A program made the translations under genes and the position numbers. Of a stretch of 64,000 nucleotides of DNA, positions 29,190 through 38,124 are shown in pieces (position 1 is the first letter of the stretch; each line of letters starts with the position of its first letter). Below the pieces are notes generated by a model. The model did not search any database and had not been told where the DNA came from. It saw nothing but the letters and a program-made list of their open reading frames with translations. Origin of the DNA: an uncultured Candidatus Poseidoniales archaeon (lineage in GTDB: Archaea > Thermoplasmatota > Poseidoniia > Poseidoniales > Thalassarchaeaceae); assembly GCA_902530535.1 (NCBI GenBank), contig CACAAP010000001.1:3160-67159 (forward strand), read 5' to 3'.

Positions 29190-30122
29190 TGATGGGGATT
29201 GGTACTTCCTTTCCTTCATATCATTCTGGTACCTGAGTCCCAATGTGGTGCCATTTTCTTCTATCCATTCTGAGAATTTTACTACCCCTAGTGGCTTGTC
29301 ATCTGATGCCATCAGTCCATTCATCAATCCACGAATTTCAGCTCTGGTAATGACTCTGTCACTGACAAGAATTCCTACAACCTTGCCAACAACCCACGCG
29401 ACTATAGGGGGAACTGGAATAATTGCTCTTCTAAGACCCATAGATTTTGAAATTAACTTTACGTACTCATAATAGGAGAATTTTTCGGGCCCTGCAACGT
29501 CCAAAATTTCATTATCATTCAGGGCTCCTTGTTCCACTGCTATTCGAGCAACATCGGAGATGTGCACAGGTTGTATCGGATAGGATCCTAGACCAAAGAC
29601 ACCGAAAACAGGAAACCTACGTATTAGCCATGCCATATTGTTGATCAATACATCTCTCTTACCACCGAAAAATACGGTAGGGCGCAGTATTGCATGAGAT
29701 AGCTTTGACTCGGTTATCATTCTCTCAACTTCCATCTTTCCAATGAAATAGGTCCAATCGGGAGCCTTGTCAGGATGCGCTACTGAAAAGTGTACGATCC
29801 TCCTTATTCCTGCATCCTCAGCTGCAGAGATTAGTTTCCTTGTATTTGAAACAGCTAAGTCGTGCGCATATCCTCCTTCCCTGTCTTTGTACCTTACCCA
29901 ATAGGTGTTGTATAGAACATCTGCATCAGAAAGAGATGATATCAGTGAATCGTGGTTTGAAAAATCAATTGGTCTTACTTCCACTTGGCCGTTAAATGGA
30001 TCGTCCCTTCCTATGGCATTTGTCAGAGTCCTAACTCTGTACCCGCAATTCAGCAACTCCTTGGCTATCCATCGTCCTGAATAGCCAAATGCTCCAGTAA
30101 CAACGTGAGCATCTTTTGCCAC
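29157..30122 (-). CDS. NAD(P)-binding SDR/NmrA-like (atypical SDR, NDUFA9-like) protein
   Basis: 'HVVTGAFGYSGRWIAKELL' is a Rossmann motif. Length is 321 aa. The convergent 33-nt overlap with fdhD is unusual but there is no alternative stop. Confidence 0.6.
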   Translation of the reverse strand: MAKDAHVVTGAFGYSGRWIAKELLNCGYRVRTLTNAIGRDDPFNGQVEVRPIDFSNHDSLISSLSDADVLYNTYWVRYKDREGGYAHDLAVSNTRKLISAAEDAGIRRIVHFSVAHPDKAPDWTYFIGKMEVERMITESKLSHAILRPTVFFGGKRDVLINNMAWLIRRFPVFGVFGLGSYPIQPVHISDVARIAVEQGALNDNEILDVAGPEKFSYYEYVKLISKSMGLRRAIIPVPPIVAWVVGKVVGILVSDRVITRAEIRGLMNGLMASDDKPLGVVKFSEWIEENGTTLGLRYQNDMKERKYQSPSLFYNSPNSTE

Positions 30123-30183
30123 AATGTTGGGAATAGGCGAATAGCCATTATCTTAACCGCATTAATTTGAAGAGTGCTGCCAT

Positions 30184-32472
30184 GTGTTTTGTCACATGAG
30201 GCTGACACCTGAGGCTACCACTCCGCTCGAAGATGCATTACCTAAGAGGAAGCCTCAGAGTAAATCTGCTGCGGGACTTCCAGCAATTATCTCAACAGCA
30301 AAGCACGGCCTCTCGAAAATGGGATTGATCGGTTCATTGACTAATTTTTACAAAGTCAATAAGTTCCAGGGCTTTGACTGCCCTGGATGTGCATGGCCAG
30401 ATCCTGACGGTTCTCGTACAATCGCTGAGTTTTGTGAGAATGGTGCCAAGGCAATAGCTGATGAGGGTACAAAGAAAAGGGCCGGTCCTGAATTCTGGTC
30501 TAGATGGACTGTTAGGGATTTATCGCTAAAATCCGATAAATGGCTCAATTCACAGGGCAGGCTAACACATCCCCTTATTCTAAGGGAAGGTTCTGATTAC
30601 TACGAGTCCATATCATGGGATGATGCGTTTGAAGAAATTGCCACGAAGATGGCTCCTTTAGAGCCGGATCAGTCGGTATTCTATACCTCTGGTAGGACAA
30701 GTAACGAGGCTGCTTTCATGTGGCAATTACTCGCTAGGAGGTATGGCACCAACAACCTCCCAGATTGTTCCAATATGTGTCATGAATCATCAGGAGTAGC
30801 TCTGAATGAAACCATAGGAATAGGGAAGGGTACCGTTAAACTAGAAGACTTCGATAAGGCGGACTTGATTATTGTAGTAGGGCAAAACCCAGGGACTAAT
30901 CATCCAAGAATGTTGACGGCTCTGAGAGATGCTAAGAAGAACGGTGCATCAATTATTTCCATAAACCCTCTAATTGAGACGGGCATGATTAGATTCAAAC
31001 ACCCTCAGAACCCTCTAGAAGTTCTAGGTTACGGAACTGAAATTTCGGATGAGCATGTCAGGGTATGCTTGAACGGGGATCAGGCTCTGTTCAGGGGGTT
31101 TGCCAAGGTAATACTTGAAAGATCACTAGAGGATTCCGGATTTATCAGCACATTCACGAAAGGCTACGAAGACTACGAAAAGCTGGTTCGAAATACATCA
31201 TGGGATAAGATCTCCATGTTGTCCGGAGTCGAAAGAAAAGAAATACAGAGGATTGGGAATTTGATTGCGAAGTCGAAAGCCACAATCTGCTGTTGGGCAA
31301 TGGGCCTTACTCAGCACAAGAACTCCGTACTCACAATACAAGAAATCTCCAACCTTCTTCTGCTTGGAGGGCACGTTGGAAGGGAAGGGTCTGGATTGTG
31401 CCCAGTTAGAGGACATTCGAACGTCCAAGGTGATCGAACTGTGGGGATAAACCATAATCCTACATCGGAGTTTATGGATTCTTTGAGAAGAGAGTTCGGA
31501 ATACAGAAGCTCCAAACCAGAGGGCTCGATTCAGTAGGTGCAGTCAAAAGTATGTTACAACGAGAAGCCCGAGTATTCCTTTCTATGGGGGGGAATTTCA
31601 TATCTGCAATGTCTGACACAAATGCCACTTCTGAAGCGATTAGAAACTGCTCGCTCACAGTCCAGATTTCAACCAAGCCCAATCGGTCTCACCTGATAAC
31701 CGGAAAGATAGGCATAATCCTGCCATGCCTAGGGAGGACGGAGCGTGACGAGTCGGGAGGTAGTGCACAGTTTGTTACAGTAGAGAACTCGATGGGAGTA
31801 GTACACAAGTCTGTTGGAACTAGTTCACCTGCAAGCAATAATCTAAGATCCGAGGCGAGCATTGTATCTGGAATAGCCATGGCAATTGAGGATAAATTAG
31901 GATTTTCAGGAATTATGTGGAGAGAACTTGCCTCGGATTATGATATGATTAGGGATAGTATTGAGAAGGTGGTTCCAGGTTTTGATTCATACAATGAAAG
32001 GTGCAGGGAAAATGGAGGTTTCTATCTACCTAATCCTCCGAGGGACTCGAGAATATTCCCTACCAAAACTGGCTTGGCAAATTTCATCTCCAATGATCTG
32101 GTTTCAATTTCACCTAAGCATGGTGAGTTTCTTATGATGACAATCAGATCTCATGACCAATACAATACCACAGTGTACACCCATAATGACAGATACCGTG
32201 GAATTTACTCTGGAAGGAGAGTTGTTCTGATGAATAAATCGGATATGGAGGAAAATAGTTGGGAGGAATTTGACGAGGTTTCAATCACATCTGAATTCGA
32301 TCAAAAAGTGGTGAAGTCTGATAGATGGAGAGTGGTTGAGTATGATATTCCTAGGGGAAACGTTGCTACTTATTTCCCAGAAGCGAATGTACTTATCCCA
32401 CTAAACAGCGTTGCCGACAAGAGCAATACTCCTACTAGCAAATCAGTAATCGTTAATATCACGTCTACCTGA
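30184..32472 (+). CDS. molybdopterin oxidoreductase, FdhF/YdeP family
   Basis: N-terminal 'GFDCPGCAWPDP' Fe-S motif. 'LPDCSNMCHESSG' is the Mo-ligand Cys context. Length is 762 aa. Confidence 0.8.
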   Translation: MFCHMRLTPEATTPLEDALPKRKPQSKSAAGLPAIISTAKHGLSKMGLIGSLTNFYKVNKFQGFDCPGCAWPDPDGSRTIAEFCENGAKAIADEGTKKRAGPEFWSRWTVRDLSLKSDKWLNSQGRLTHPLILREGSDYYESISWDDAFEEIATKMAPLEPDQSVFYTSGRTSNEAAFMWQLLARRYGTNNLPDCSNMCHESSGVALNETIGIGKGTVKLEDFDKADLIIVVGQNPGTNHPRMLTALRDAKKNGASIISINPLIETGMIRFKHPQNPLEVLGYGTEISDEHVRVCLNGDQALFRGFAKVILERSLEDSGFISTFTKGYEDYEKLVRNTSWDKISMLSGVERKEIQRIGNLIAKSKATICCWAMGLTQHKNSVLTIQEISNLLLLGGHVGREGSGLCPVRGHSNVQGDRTVGINHNPTSEFMDSLRREFGIQKLQTRGLDSVGAVKSMLQREARVFLSMGGNFISAMSDTNATSEAIRNCSLTVQISTKPNRSHLITGKIGIILPCLGRTERDESGGSAQFVTVENSMGVVHKSVGTSSPASNNLRSEASIVSGIAMAIEDKLGFSGIMWRELASDYDMIRDSIEKVVPGFDSYNERCRENGGFYLPNPPRDSRIFPTKTGLANFISNDLVSISPKHGEFLMMTIRSHDQYNTTVYTHNDRYRGIYSGRRVVLMNKSDMEENSWEEFDEVSITSEFDQKVVKSDRWRVVEYDIPRGNVATYFPEANVLIPLNSVADKSNTPTSKSVIVNITST

Positions 32473-33664
32473 TACCACGAGCCTGTCTTTTGGCCTGTTC
32501 CCTAGCTAAAACCCTGCATCTACTAATCTGCTTCTCGCATAGTTCAGCCTCGGACTCATCGAGGCCCCTCTCTAAGGATTGAGAGAAGCACTTTATTGCA
32601 TCATCGAACATTTCTACTGCGGCATAAGATGAGCCCATATTGAACAGAGTCCTCCCTGAGACCGATTTGGGGTCTAAACCTATTGCAGTGTGATATGCGA
32701 CAATGCTCTCAGGGTATCTACCTTCATTGTACAATGCATTGCCTCTTCCATTCTGTGCCTTTACCCTGAGCTCGACTTCACTGGAAGGACACCCCCCAAT
32801 AGCCTTCTCGAAACTAGAAAGTGCCTCATCGTTCTTTCCTTCATTTAGCAGGTTAATACCCATGTTATACCAACCCAGAGAATCGTCTAGGCTTCCTCTT
32901 TCCTCAACCACTGGTGCTGATCGCACCTCGTCTGCTGCGATAAGTAACAGTTCATCGTCGTCAACATCATCATGAATGCCTGTACTTATCTCTGGCTCAG
33001 ATTGCTCATTAGTATCTGACTCAATTTGATCGGCCCTCTTCATACATTGTACAGCACGATCTTCGTAGCCCGCCGAACTCAATGCTTCACCGAGCCCCCT
33101 CCAAACTTCGGGAGAATCTGGAGTCTGCTCTAGAAGATCCTTCCAGATTGAAACAGCAGTTGAATGATCTCCTGATGACGATAGCGCACGAGCCTCTTCC
33201 TGTCTGCTAGACTCATCGGAATCAGGGGAAATGTCCATATCTAGGATTTGATCAACTGGATCTTCATTAATCGGTTGTGATTCTATGAAGACTAGCTCTT
33301 GGGTTTCTTCGGGCTTGGATATTGAGGCAATGTTATTCAGTTTCTCATCTTGTTCGAGATGCGGAAGTGCTCTTTTCGCAAAATTACTAGCCCTCTCTGG
33401 TTCACTTTCTTCTAGAAGATACGCTAGATTGGCTAGAGTCGGCGGGTGATCTGGATATTTCTCATCGCATTTTTCGAAGGCCTCAATTGCATCTTTCGAT
33501 GAGCCAGTCTTACTGTACAGTACTCCTAGACAGAACCAGGCTGTAGCATTATTCTCGTCCATACTAAGAGCATCAAGATATGTTAGAATAGCTGTTGAGT
33601 AATCTCCGCTGTTGGTTAGAGTGGCGCCTAATTTCAAAGACTCAATGAGTCCACTCATGACCAT
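32465..33664 (-). CDS. TPR-repeat protein
   Basis: Repeated 34-aa TPR units (for example 'AWFCLGVLYSKTGSSKDAIEAFEKCDEKYPDH' and 'GWYNMGINLLNEGKNDEALSSFEKAI'). Start moved to the ATG at 33664 to avoid overlapping the divergent gene. Confidence 0.65.
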   Translation of the reverse strand: MVMSGLIESLKLGATLTNSGDYSTAILTYLDALSMDENNATAWFCLGVLYSKTGSSKDAIEAFEKCDEKYPDHPPTLANLAYLLEESEPERASNFAKRALPHLEQDEKLNNIASISKPEETQELVFIESQPINEDPVDQILDMDISPDSDESSRQEEARALSSSGDHSTAVSIWKDLLEQTPDSPEVWRGLGEALSSAGYEDRAVQCMKRADQIESDTNEQSEPEISTGIHDDVDDDELLLIAADEVRSAPVVEERGSLDDSLGWYNMGINLLNEGKNDEALSSFEKAIGGCPSSEVELRVKAQNGRGNALYNEGRYPESIVAYHTAIGLDPKSVSGRTLFNMGSSYAAVEMFDDAIKCFSQSLERGLDESEAELCEKQISRCRVLAREQAKRQARGIR

Positions 33665-33744
33665 TGGGAAAATCACCAATGAATAAGTATTCTGAAGTAT
33701 AGTAGAAAGGTACAATTGAAGACTGATTGCCATTTGTGTTGTAC

Positions 33745-34290
33745 ATGGACGAGCCGATAGTAGTGATGGGCATTTGCGGCTCTTACGATCTAGACTCAGC
33801 TAACGGCAGAATGCTAGAGCTTATTCTCAGAGAATGTGGGAATCTCGGTGCGGAAACAGTGGTCTGGGACCATGGAAAAAGGCCGTTGCCCCTTGTTGGA
33901 GCAGAAGGTTCGTGGGATGATTCAAACGTCAAAGACTTCCAAGAAATGGCAGTTTCTGCAGATGCCTATGTCCTATCGAGTCCAGAATATCACGGAACCA
34001 TGAGTGGCGTGATGAAGAATAGCCTTGATTGGTTATATTCGAAGCATACTTCAGGCAAGGTTTTCGCTTTAGTTTGTACTCTAGGTGGTCAAACTAGCAA
34101 TAATACACTGAACCATATGAGAATAGCAGCCAGATGGATACATGGCTGGGTGATTCCAGAACAGGTGGCGGTACCACACATCAAGAGTGCTTTCGACGAA
34201 GATGGAGAGCTTCTAAACCCAGAAATCAACGATCGTGTTCTGTCGATTTCATCATCATTGATAGAAAATACTACCAAATTGAGGAGGTAG
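33745..34290 (+). CDS. NAD(P)H-dependent FMN reductase-family flavoprotein
   Basis: 'VVMGICGSYDLDSANG' and 'YVLSSPEYHGTMSGVMKNSLDWL' form the flavodoxin-like FMN_red signature. The ATG at 33745 is preferred over the track's TTG at 33727. Confidence 0.7.
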   Translation: MDEPIVVMGICGSYDLDSANGRMLELILRECGNLGAETVVWDHGKRPLPLVGAEGSWDDSNVKDFQEMAVSADAYVLSSPEYHGTMSGVMKNSLDWLYSKHTSGKVFALVCTLGGQTSNNTLNHMRIAARWIHGWVIPEQVAVPHIKSAFDEDGELLNPEINDRVLSISSSLIENTTKLRR

Positions 34291-34292
34291 TA

Positions 34293-34466
34293 GTGTCTGG
34301 TGAATCCCTCACTCCCGAGCTGGTATATTCGTTACTGCTAATGTCTATCTCTGGAGTTTCGGCTTGGTGGTCTAGGTACATCATTGAGAATATCGTTGCA
34401 TTAAAAATTTCAGTTTTTGTAGGAGTTTCTTCCTCTATATTCATGGTAATCAATATCTCAGGATGA
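34293..34466 (+). CDS. possible 57-aa two-TM mini-protein
   Basis: GTG start 6 nt after GAGGAGG, which spans the upstream stop region. Sequence is VSGESLTPELVYSLLLMSISGVSAWWSRYIIENIVALKISVFVGVSSSIFMVINISG. It fills the gap between two co-oriented genes. Coding is not proven. Confidence 0.35.
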   Translation: MSGESLTPELVYSLLLMSISGVSAWWSRYIIENIVALKISVFVGVSSSIFMVINISG

Positions 34467-34473
34467 AGTCGTT

Positions 34474-34833
34474 ATGGACATATTTCCAGTAAGATGCCAA
34501 GTAGAATGGACGACCTTGGAAAGTGGATGTATTGAAATCACTTTAGACAAGAATCTCAGTAAGATCGAGGAAAAGGTGGCTAGGATTATGGGTGCTCCAA
34601 CGTTCGTAAGACGTCCAATGGACAAAATGAACAGCGCCCTATGGGTGTTAATGGACGGATCACGAAACGTTCGAGCAATCATAGAGGAAATGGATGCCCA
34701 ATTTGATGAAGCAATTTCTCCTGTAGATGAAAGAGTGAGCAATTCAATTGCACAGTTTGTAGAATTGGGATTAGTGTCGCTAACTGGAATCAAAGATGAC
34801 TTCGATTGGGATATCGGACCCTCTGTTGTCTGA
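34474..34833 (+). CDS. PqqD-family (RRE-type peptide-binding) protein
   Basis: 'MNSALWVLMDGSRNVRAIIEEMDAQFDEAISPVDERVSNSIAQFVELGLVSL' matches the PqqD winged-helix pattern (Ln..a..iW.l.dG..tv.eI...l...y.v......DV..fl..L...gl). Confidence 0.55.
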   Translation: MDIFPVRCQVEWTTLESGCIEITLDKNLSKIEEKVARIMGAPTFVRRPMDKMNSALWVLMDGSRNVRAIIEEMDAQFDEAISPVDERVSNSIAQFVELGLVSLTGIKDDFDWDIGPSVV

Positions 34834-34835
34834 CA

Positions 34836-35654
34836 TTAATCATCGACAGATGCTCTTTTGCTCTCGTTGAGATTCTCCCTGTACCTCGCAGAGAAGTAAA
34901 TCATCAATGGTATTACTAGAACGAGGAAAAAGCATCCAACTAGCGCAGAGAAGCTGTATACGGTCTCTTGGACAGGATTGATCTTGAACTTAGACAAGGA
35001 AACCAGTTCATGGGAGGAAAACTCCGATTCGACAAGCATTCCTGCACTAGGATTAGTTTCACCATCGCTAACAACCTTCACCTTCCATGTGATTGTCTTT
35101 TGTGCACTGGAAATTAGAGAGTCGGCTTCTTCCTGGGCACTTTCGAAGTTCTCACTCTCCAGATAGCCCTTACCCTTGATTGGCAACTCTAGAGATACTC
35201 GACCTCTTAGAGTTCCACTACCATTGTCTAAGTCCATAGTATGAGTTCTACTATACTCACAAGTATCTAGGATGTCTGAATAGTCTGAGTTTGGCTCATT
35301 GCAAACATAGCTCTGATCGGTTAGGCCTAAATTTGGAGAGTGGGACCAATTTGTACCCTCTGCTTCTACGATTAGTGTTGAGCCTGAGGGTGCGTCGTAT
35401 ACGGTGAAATTTACCCAAGTTATCGCATCTGTTGTGGTATAGTACCACTGGGCCAGTCCCTCCGACTCTTGAGTAAGATCCATTGATTCATGCTCGTTTG
35501 TTGTGTTGTACTCGTAGTACTCGGAATCAACAGTGTTAGAGTATACTGCGTAGGACAGTAGTACGATTAACGTCATTCCCGTTCCGATCATGGTACGAAG
35601 CATGTTCGGATTCTTCGACAGTGATTTCTTCACAATTTTTGCAAATGGCCCCAA
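34836..35654 (-). CDS. hypothetical exported protein with N- and C-terminal TM helices
   Basis: Signal anchor 'MIGTGMTLIVLLSYAVYS'. Acidic beta-rich ectodomain with 2 Cys. C-terminal helix 'LVGCFFLVLVIPLMIYF'. Confidence 0.5.
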   Translation of the reverse strand: MGPFAKIVKKSLSKNPNMLRTMIGTGMTLIVLLSYAVYSNTVDSEYYEYNTTNEHESMDLTQESEGLAQWYYTTTDAITWVNFTVYDAPSGSTLIVEAEGTNWSHSPNLGLTDQSYVCNEPNSDYSDILDTCEYSRTHTMDLDNGSGTLRGRVSLELPIKGKGYLESENFESAQEEADSLISSAQKTITWKVKVVSDGETNPSAGMLVESEFSSHELVSLSKFKINPVQETVYSFSALVGCFFLVLVIPLMIYFSARYRENLNESKRASVDD

Positions 35655-35699
35655 TTATTCAATGCTTGTTGTGAGAAAACATCCAATGAGAATCAGCAA

Positions 35700-35717
35700 A
35701 ACCGTGTCATCACGGTT
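35700..35717. promoter_or_regulatory. inverted repeat AACCGTG-N4-CACGGTT abutting a TATA-like TTAAATA upstream of the r-protein operon
   Basis: Perfect 7-bp arms. Located 42-59 nt upstream of the eS19 ATG. Confidence 0.3.
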
Positions 35718-35758
35718 AAATACGGTCTGTTGGACGGGCGGGACGCACGGGTGAAGGT

Positions 35759-36229
35759 ATGACGACTTACTATGACGTTCCAGCAGACCTTCTAATTGCT
35801 AGTCTTTCTGAGAAGTTGAGGTCTTATGACAAGGTCTCTGCACCAGAATGGGCATCTCAGGTTAAGACAGGCACTCACAGGGAAAGACCACCCGTTCAGG
35901 AAGACTGGTGGCACACTAGAGCGGCATCAGTACTTAGGAAGGTGGCAATAAAGGGCCCAATAGGTACCAATAGAATTTCACAAGAGTTCGGGGGATCTAA
36001 GGATAGAGGGGTGAAGAAGAATAAGGCTGTGGCGGGTTCAAGGAACGTCGCTAGGAAGATTCTGCAGCAACTCTCAGATTCGGGGTTATTGGTCGAATCG
36101 CTGAATACAGCTGGTAATGTTAACAGGGGTAAAATAGTAAGTTCCGAGGGACAAGCTCTTCTCGACGAGGTTGCACATTCGGTAAGGTCGAAAGCTGAAG
36201 AAAGGTACCCTGGCTTGGAGAAGTATTGA
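35759..36229 (+). CDS. rps19e: 30S ribosomal protein eS19
   Basis: 'YYDVPADLLIASLSEKL', 'PEWASQVKTGTHRERPP', 'DWWHTRAASVLRKV'. Confidence 0.9.
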   Translation: MTTYYDVPADLLIASLSEKLRSYDKVSAPEWASQVKTGTHRERPPVQEDWWHTRAASVLRKVAIKGPIGTNRISQEFGGSKDRGVKKNKAVAGSRNVARKILQQLSDSGLLVESLNTAGNVNRGKIVSSEGQALLDEVAHSVRSKAEERYPGLEKY

Positions 36230-36238
36230 GGTGGCACC

Positions 36239-36394
36239 ATGGCAAGGAACAAACCATTCGCAAAGAAGAAGCGCTTGAATAAAGTGACCAAGCAGAATAA
36301 GCGTGTCCCGGTTTGGGTTGTAATGAGGACAAATAGGAAAACTAATTCTCACCCCAAGAGACACATGTGGAGAAGATCCAAACTACAGAGGTGA
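36239..36394 (+). CDS. rpl39e: 50S ribosomal protein eL39 (51 aa, absent from ORF track)
   Basis: Own translation: [51 protein letters not shown]. This is the canonical eL39 pattern and sits in its usual position before eL31. Confidence 0.85.
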   Translation: MARNKPFAKKKRLNKVTKQNKRVPVWVVMRTNRKTNSHPKRHMWRRSKLQR

Positions 36395-36398
36395 CCAA

Positions 36399-36662
36399 AT
36401 GGCAGAGGTTAAGGAAATCACAATACCACTCAGAGCTGCGTGGAAGGTTCCACGAACAAGCAGGGCGAAAAGAGCCATGGCCGAAGTAAAGATTCATGTT
36501 TCTAGACATATGAAAAGAGGTGACGACGAAGAAATCTGGATAGATGAGTCTGTTAATCATGCAATTTGGGCAAGGGGAATGCAGAATCCACCTAGAAAGA
36601 TCAGAGTAGTATGTACTAGGGAAGAGGGTTTTCCGTTAGAAGTTAAATTATTGGAGGATTGA
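36399..36662 (+). CDS. rpl31e: 50S ribosomal protein eL31
   Basis: '[21 protein letters not shown]' and '[25 protein letters not shown]'. Confidence 0.9.
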   Translation: MAEVKEITIPLRAAWKVPRTSRAKRAMAEVKIHVSRHMKRGDDEEIWIDESVNHAIWARGMQNPPRKIRVVCTREEGFPLEVKLLED

Positions 36663-36663
36663 A

Positions 36664-36855
36664 ATGGGAAATATCAGACCTTCGTTTATCAAAAGCAGAG
36701 CTCTGAGGCTTGTAGAGATGTATCCCGATCAATTCACAGATGATTTCGACACGAACAAGCATCTAGTTTCTGAGTTCACTGATGTAGAAAACAAAAGGAT
36801 GAGAAATTGGATTGCCGGGTATATCACTCGATATAAACAGCGCAGAATCGATTAG
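36664..36855 (+). CDS. rps17e: 30S ribosomal protein eS17
   Basis: '[32 protein letters not shown]'. Confidence 0.88.
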   Translation: MGNIRPSFIKSRALRLVEMYPDQFTDDFDTNKHLVSEFTDVENKRMRNWIAGYITRYKQRRID

Positions 36856-36891
36856 CGCATCACTCATCACCAGTTACCCATTCGAAGTATT

Positions 36892-37644
36892 ATGGGAGAC
36901 AGGAGGACAAAGAATCTACCTACTTTCTCCCAAAACGTCTGCGTCATCCTAGTAAAGCCTGAACATGATGGTAACATTGGTGCAGTAGCACGTTCGATGC
37001 TAAATTTCGGAATTAACGATCTCAGAGTTGTTGGTAGGGATGGAGTTTGGTCCGAGGAAGCGAGAAGGAGAGCGAAGAATGCACAAGAAGTCCTTGATGG
37101 TGCTAAAGTCGTTGACACCTTTGAAGAGAGCGTTGCGGACTGCTCATTAGTCGTAGGGACCTCTGGGAAGAGGGAAGAGGGCGAAAAGACAGCGAAGAGG
37201 CATTTCCTCCTTCCTGAGGAGCTCCCAGAGAGGCTTTCTGGGATTGAGGGTAGGGTGGCAATAGTATTCGGACCCGAAGGAAAGGGACTATTGAATGAGC
37301 AGTTGTCGATGTGTGATCTGCTTGTAACTATACCCACATGGGAGGGTTATCCCATACTCAATCTAAGTCATGCTGTATCCATAATCTGCTTTTCTTGGTA
37401 CGTAAACTCTGATACAACTAACCCGCCGGGGACAGGAGGTAGGCTACTTAATCCTAAATTGAGAGCCAAACTGAGGTCTGAGGCTAAGAGGCTAGTAGAA
37501 TCAATGCCAACTAAGGATCACAAGAGAAAGGGGATAGAAGATACTCTTCTCAGAGTATTATTCAGGGGACTTCCTAAGGATGATGAGATACACAGGATAC
37601 TCGGCATCCTAACACAGGCCGCCGACTCGTTCGAGCAAACTTGA
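36892..37644 (+). CDS. SpoU/TrmJ-type RNA 2'-O-methyltransferase
   Basis: 'VILVKPEHDGNIGAVARSMLNFG', 'VFGPEGKGL', 'IPTWEGYPILNLSHAVSI' (SPOUT knot motifs). Confidence 0.75.
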   Translation: MGDRRTKNLPTFSQNVCVILVKPEHDGNIGAVARSMLNFGINDLRVVGRDGVWSEEARRRAKNAQEVLDGAKVVDTFEESVADCSLVVGTSGKREEGEKTAKRHFLLPEELPERLSGIEGRVAIVFGPEGKGLLNEQLSMCDLLVTIPTWEGYPILNLSHAVSIICFSWYVNSDTTNPPGTGGRLLNPKLRAKLRSEAKRLVESMPTKDHKRKGIEDTLLRVLFRGLPKDDEIHRILGILTQAADSFEQT

Positions 37645-37668
37645 TTCTGAGTGCCCCCCTATGAGATA

Positions 37669-38124
37669 CTACTCGTTGAACCAGCTTGCCCATGATTTAG
37701 GAGTCTCCCTGACATGGAAGGCTCTTAGGATTAGAGAATTCCCGTAGGATGATGAGATATGGGGCTCTACCTGTTCAAATGCCCACTTAGCCAGGTTCTC
37801 CGCTGTAGGAATGAAGGGGAGAATCACGGTTCGATGCCCAGTCTCCATCATCCTGAGAGCATCTAGGGCTACTTCGTCATCCTCGAACACCAGGAAGGCG
37901 TGATCGACTACATCGTGGATATGCGTATTTAGAATCTCAGAAACCTCTGAGAAGTCAATTAGCATTCCCTCTTCTGATACTCCTCTCTTTGACACAACAT
38001 CCCCTTCCAACTCTGCCTCCCACCTATATCTGTGGCCGTGCATATGCCTACATTTGCTACTATGATTGGGTACCCTGTGGCCAGTATCTGTCTCGACCCA
38101 TCTTCGTATTCTATTCGGCATCAT
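37669..38124 (-). CDS. queD: 6-carboxy-5,6,7,8-tetrahydropterin synthase
   Basis: 'CRHMHGHRYRWE' is the Zn-His motif. The PTPS fold is implied by 'DHAFLV' and 'PTAENLAKW'. Confidence 0.85.
   Translation of the reverse strand: MMPNRIRRWVETDTGHRVPNHSSKCRHMHGHRYRWEAELEGDVVSKRGVSEEGMLIDFSEVSEILNTHIHDVVDHAFLVFEDDEVALDALRMMETGHRTVILPFIPTAENLAKWAFEQVEPHISSSYGNSLILRAFHVRETPKSWASWFNE

Noticed and set aside
34474-34833. PqqD-like gene as evidence for PQQ biosynthesis
   Set aside because: No pqqA, pqqB, pqqC or pqqE is present in the window. A standalone RRE-type domain is the conservative call.
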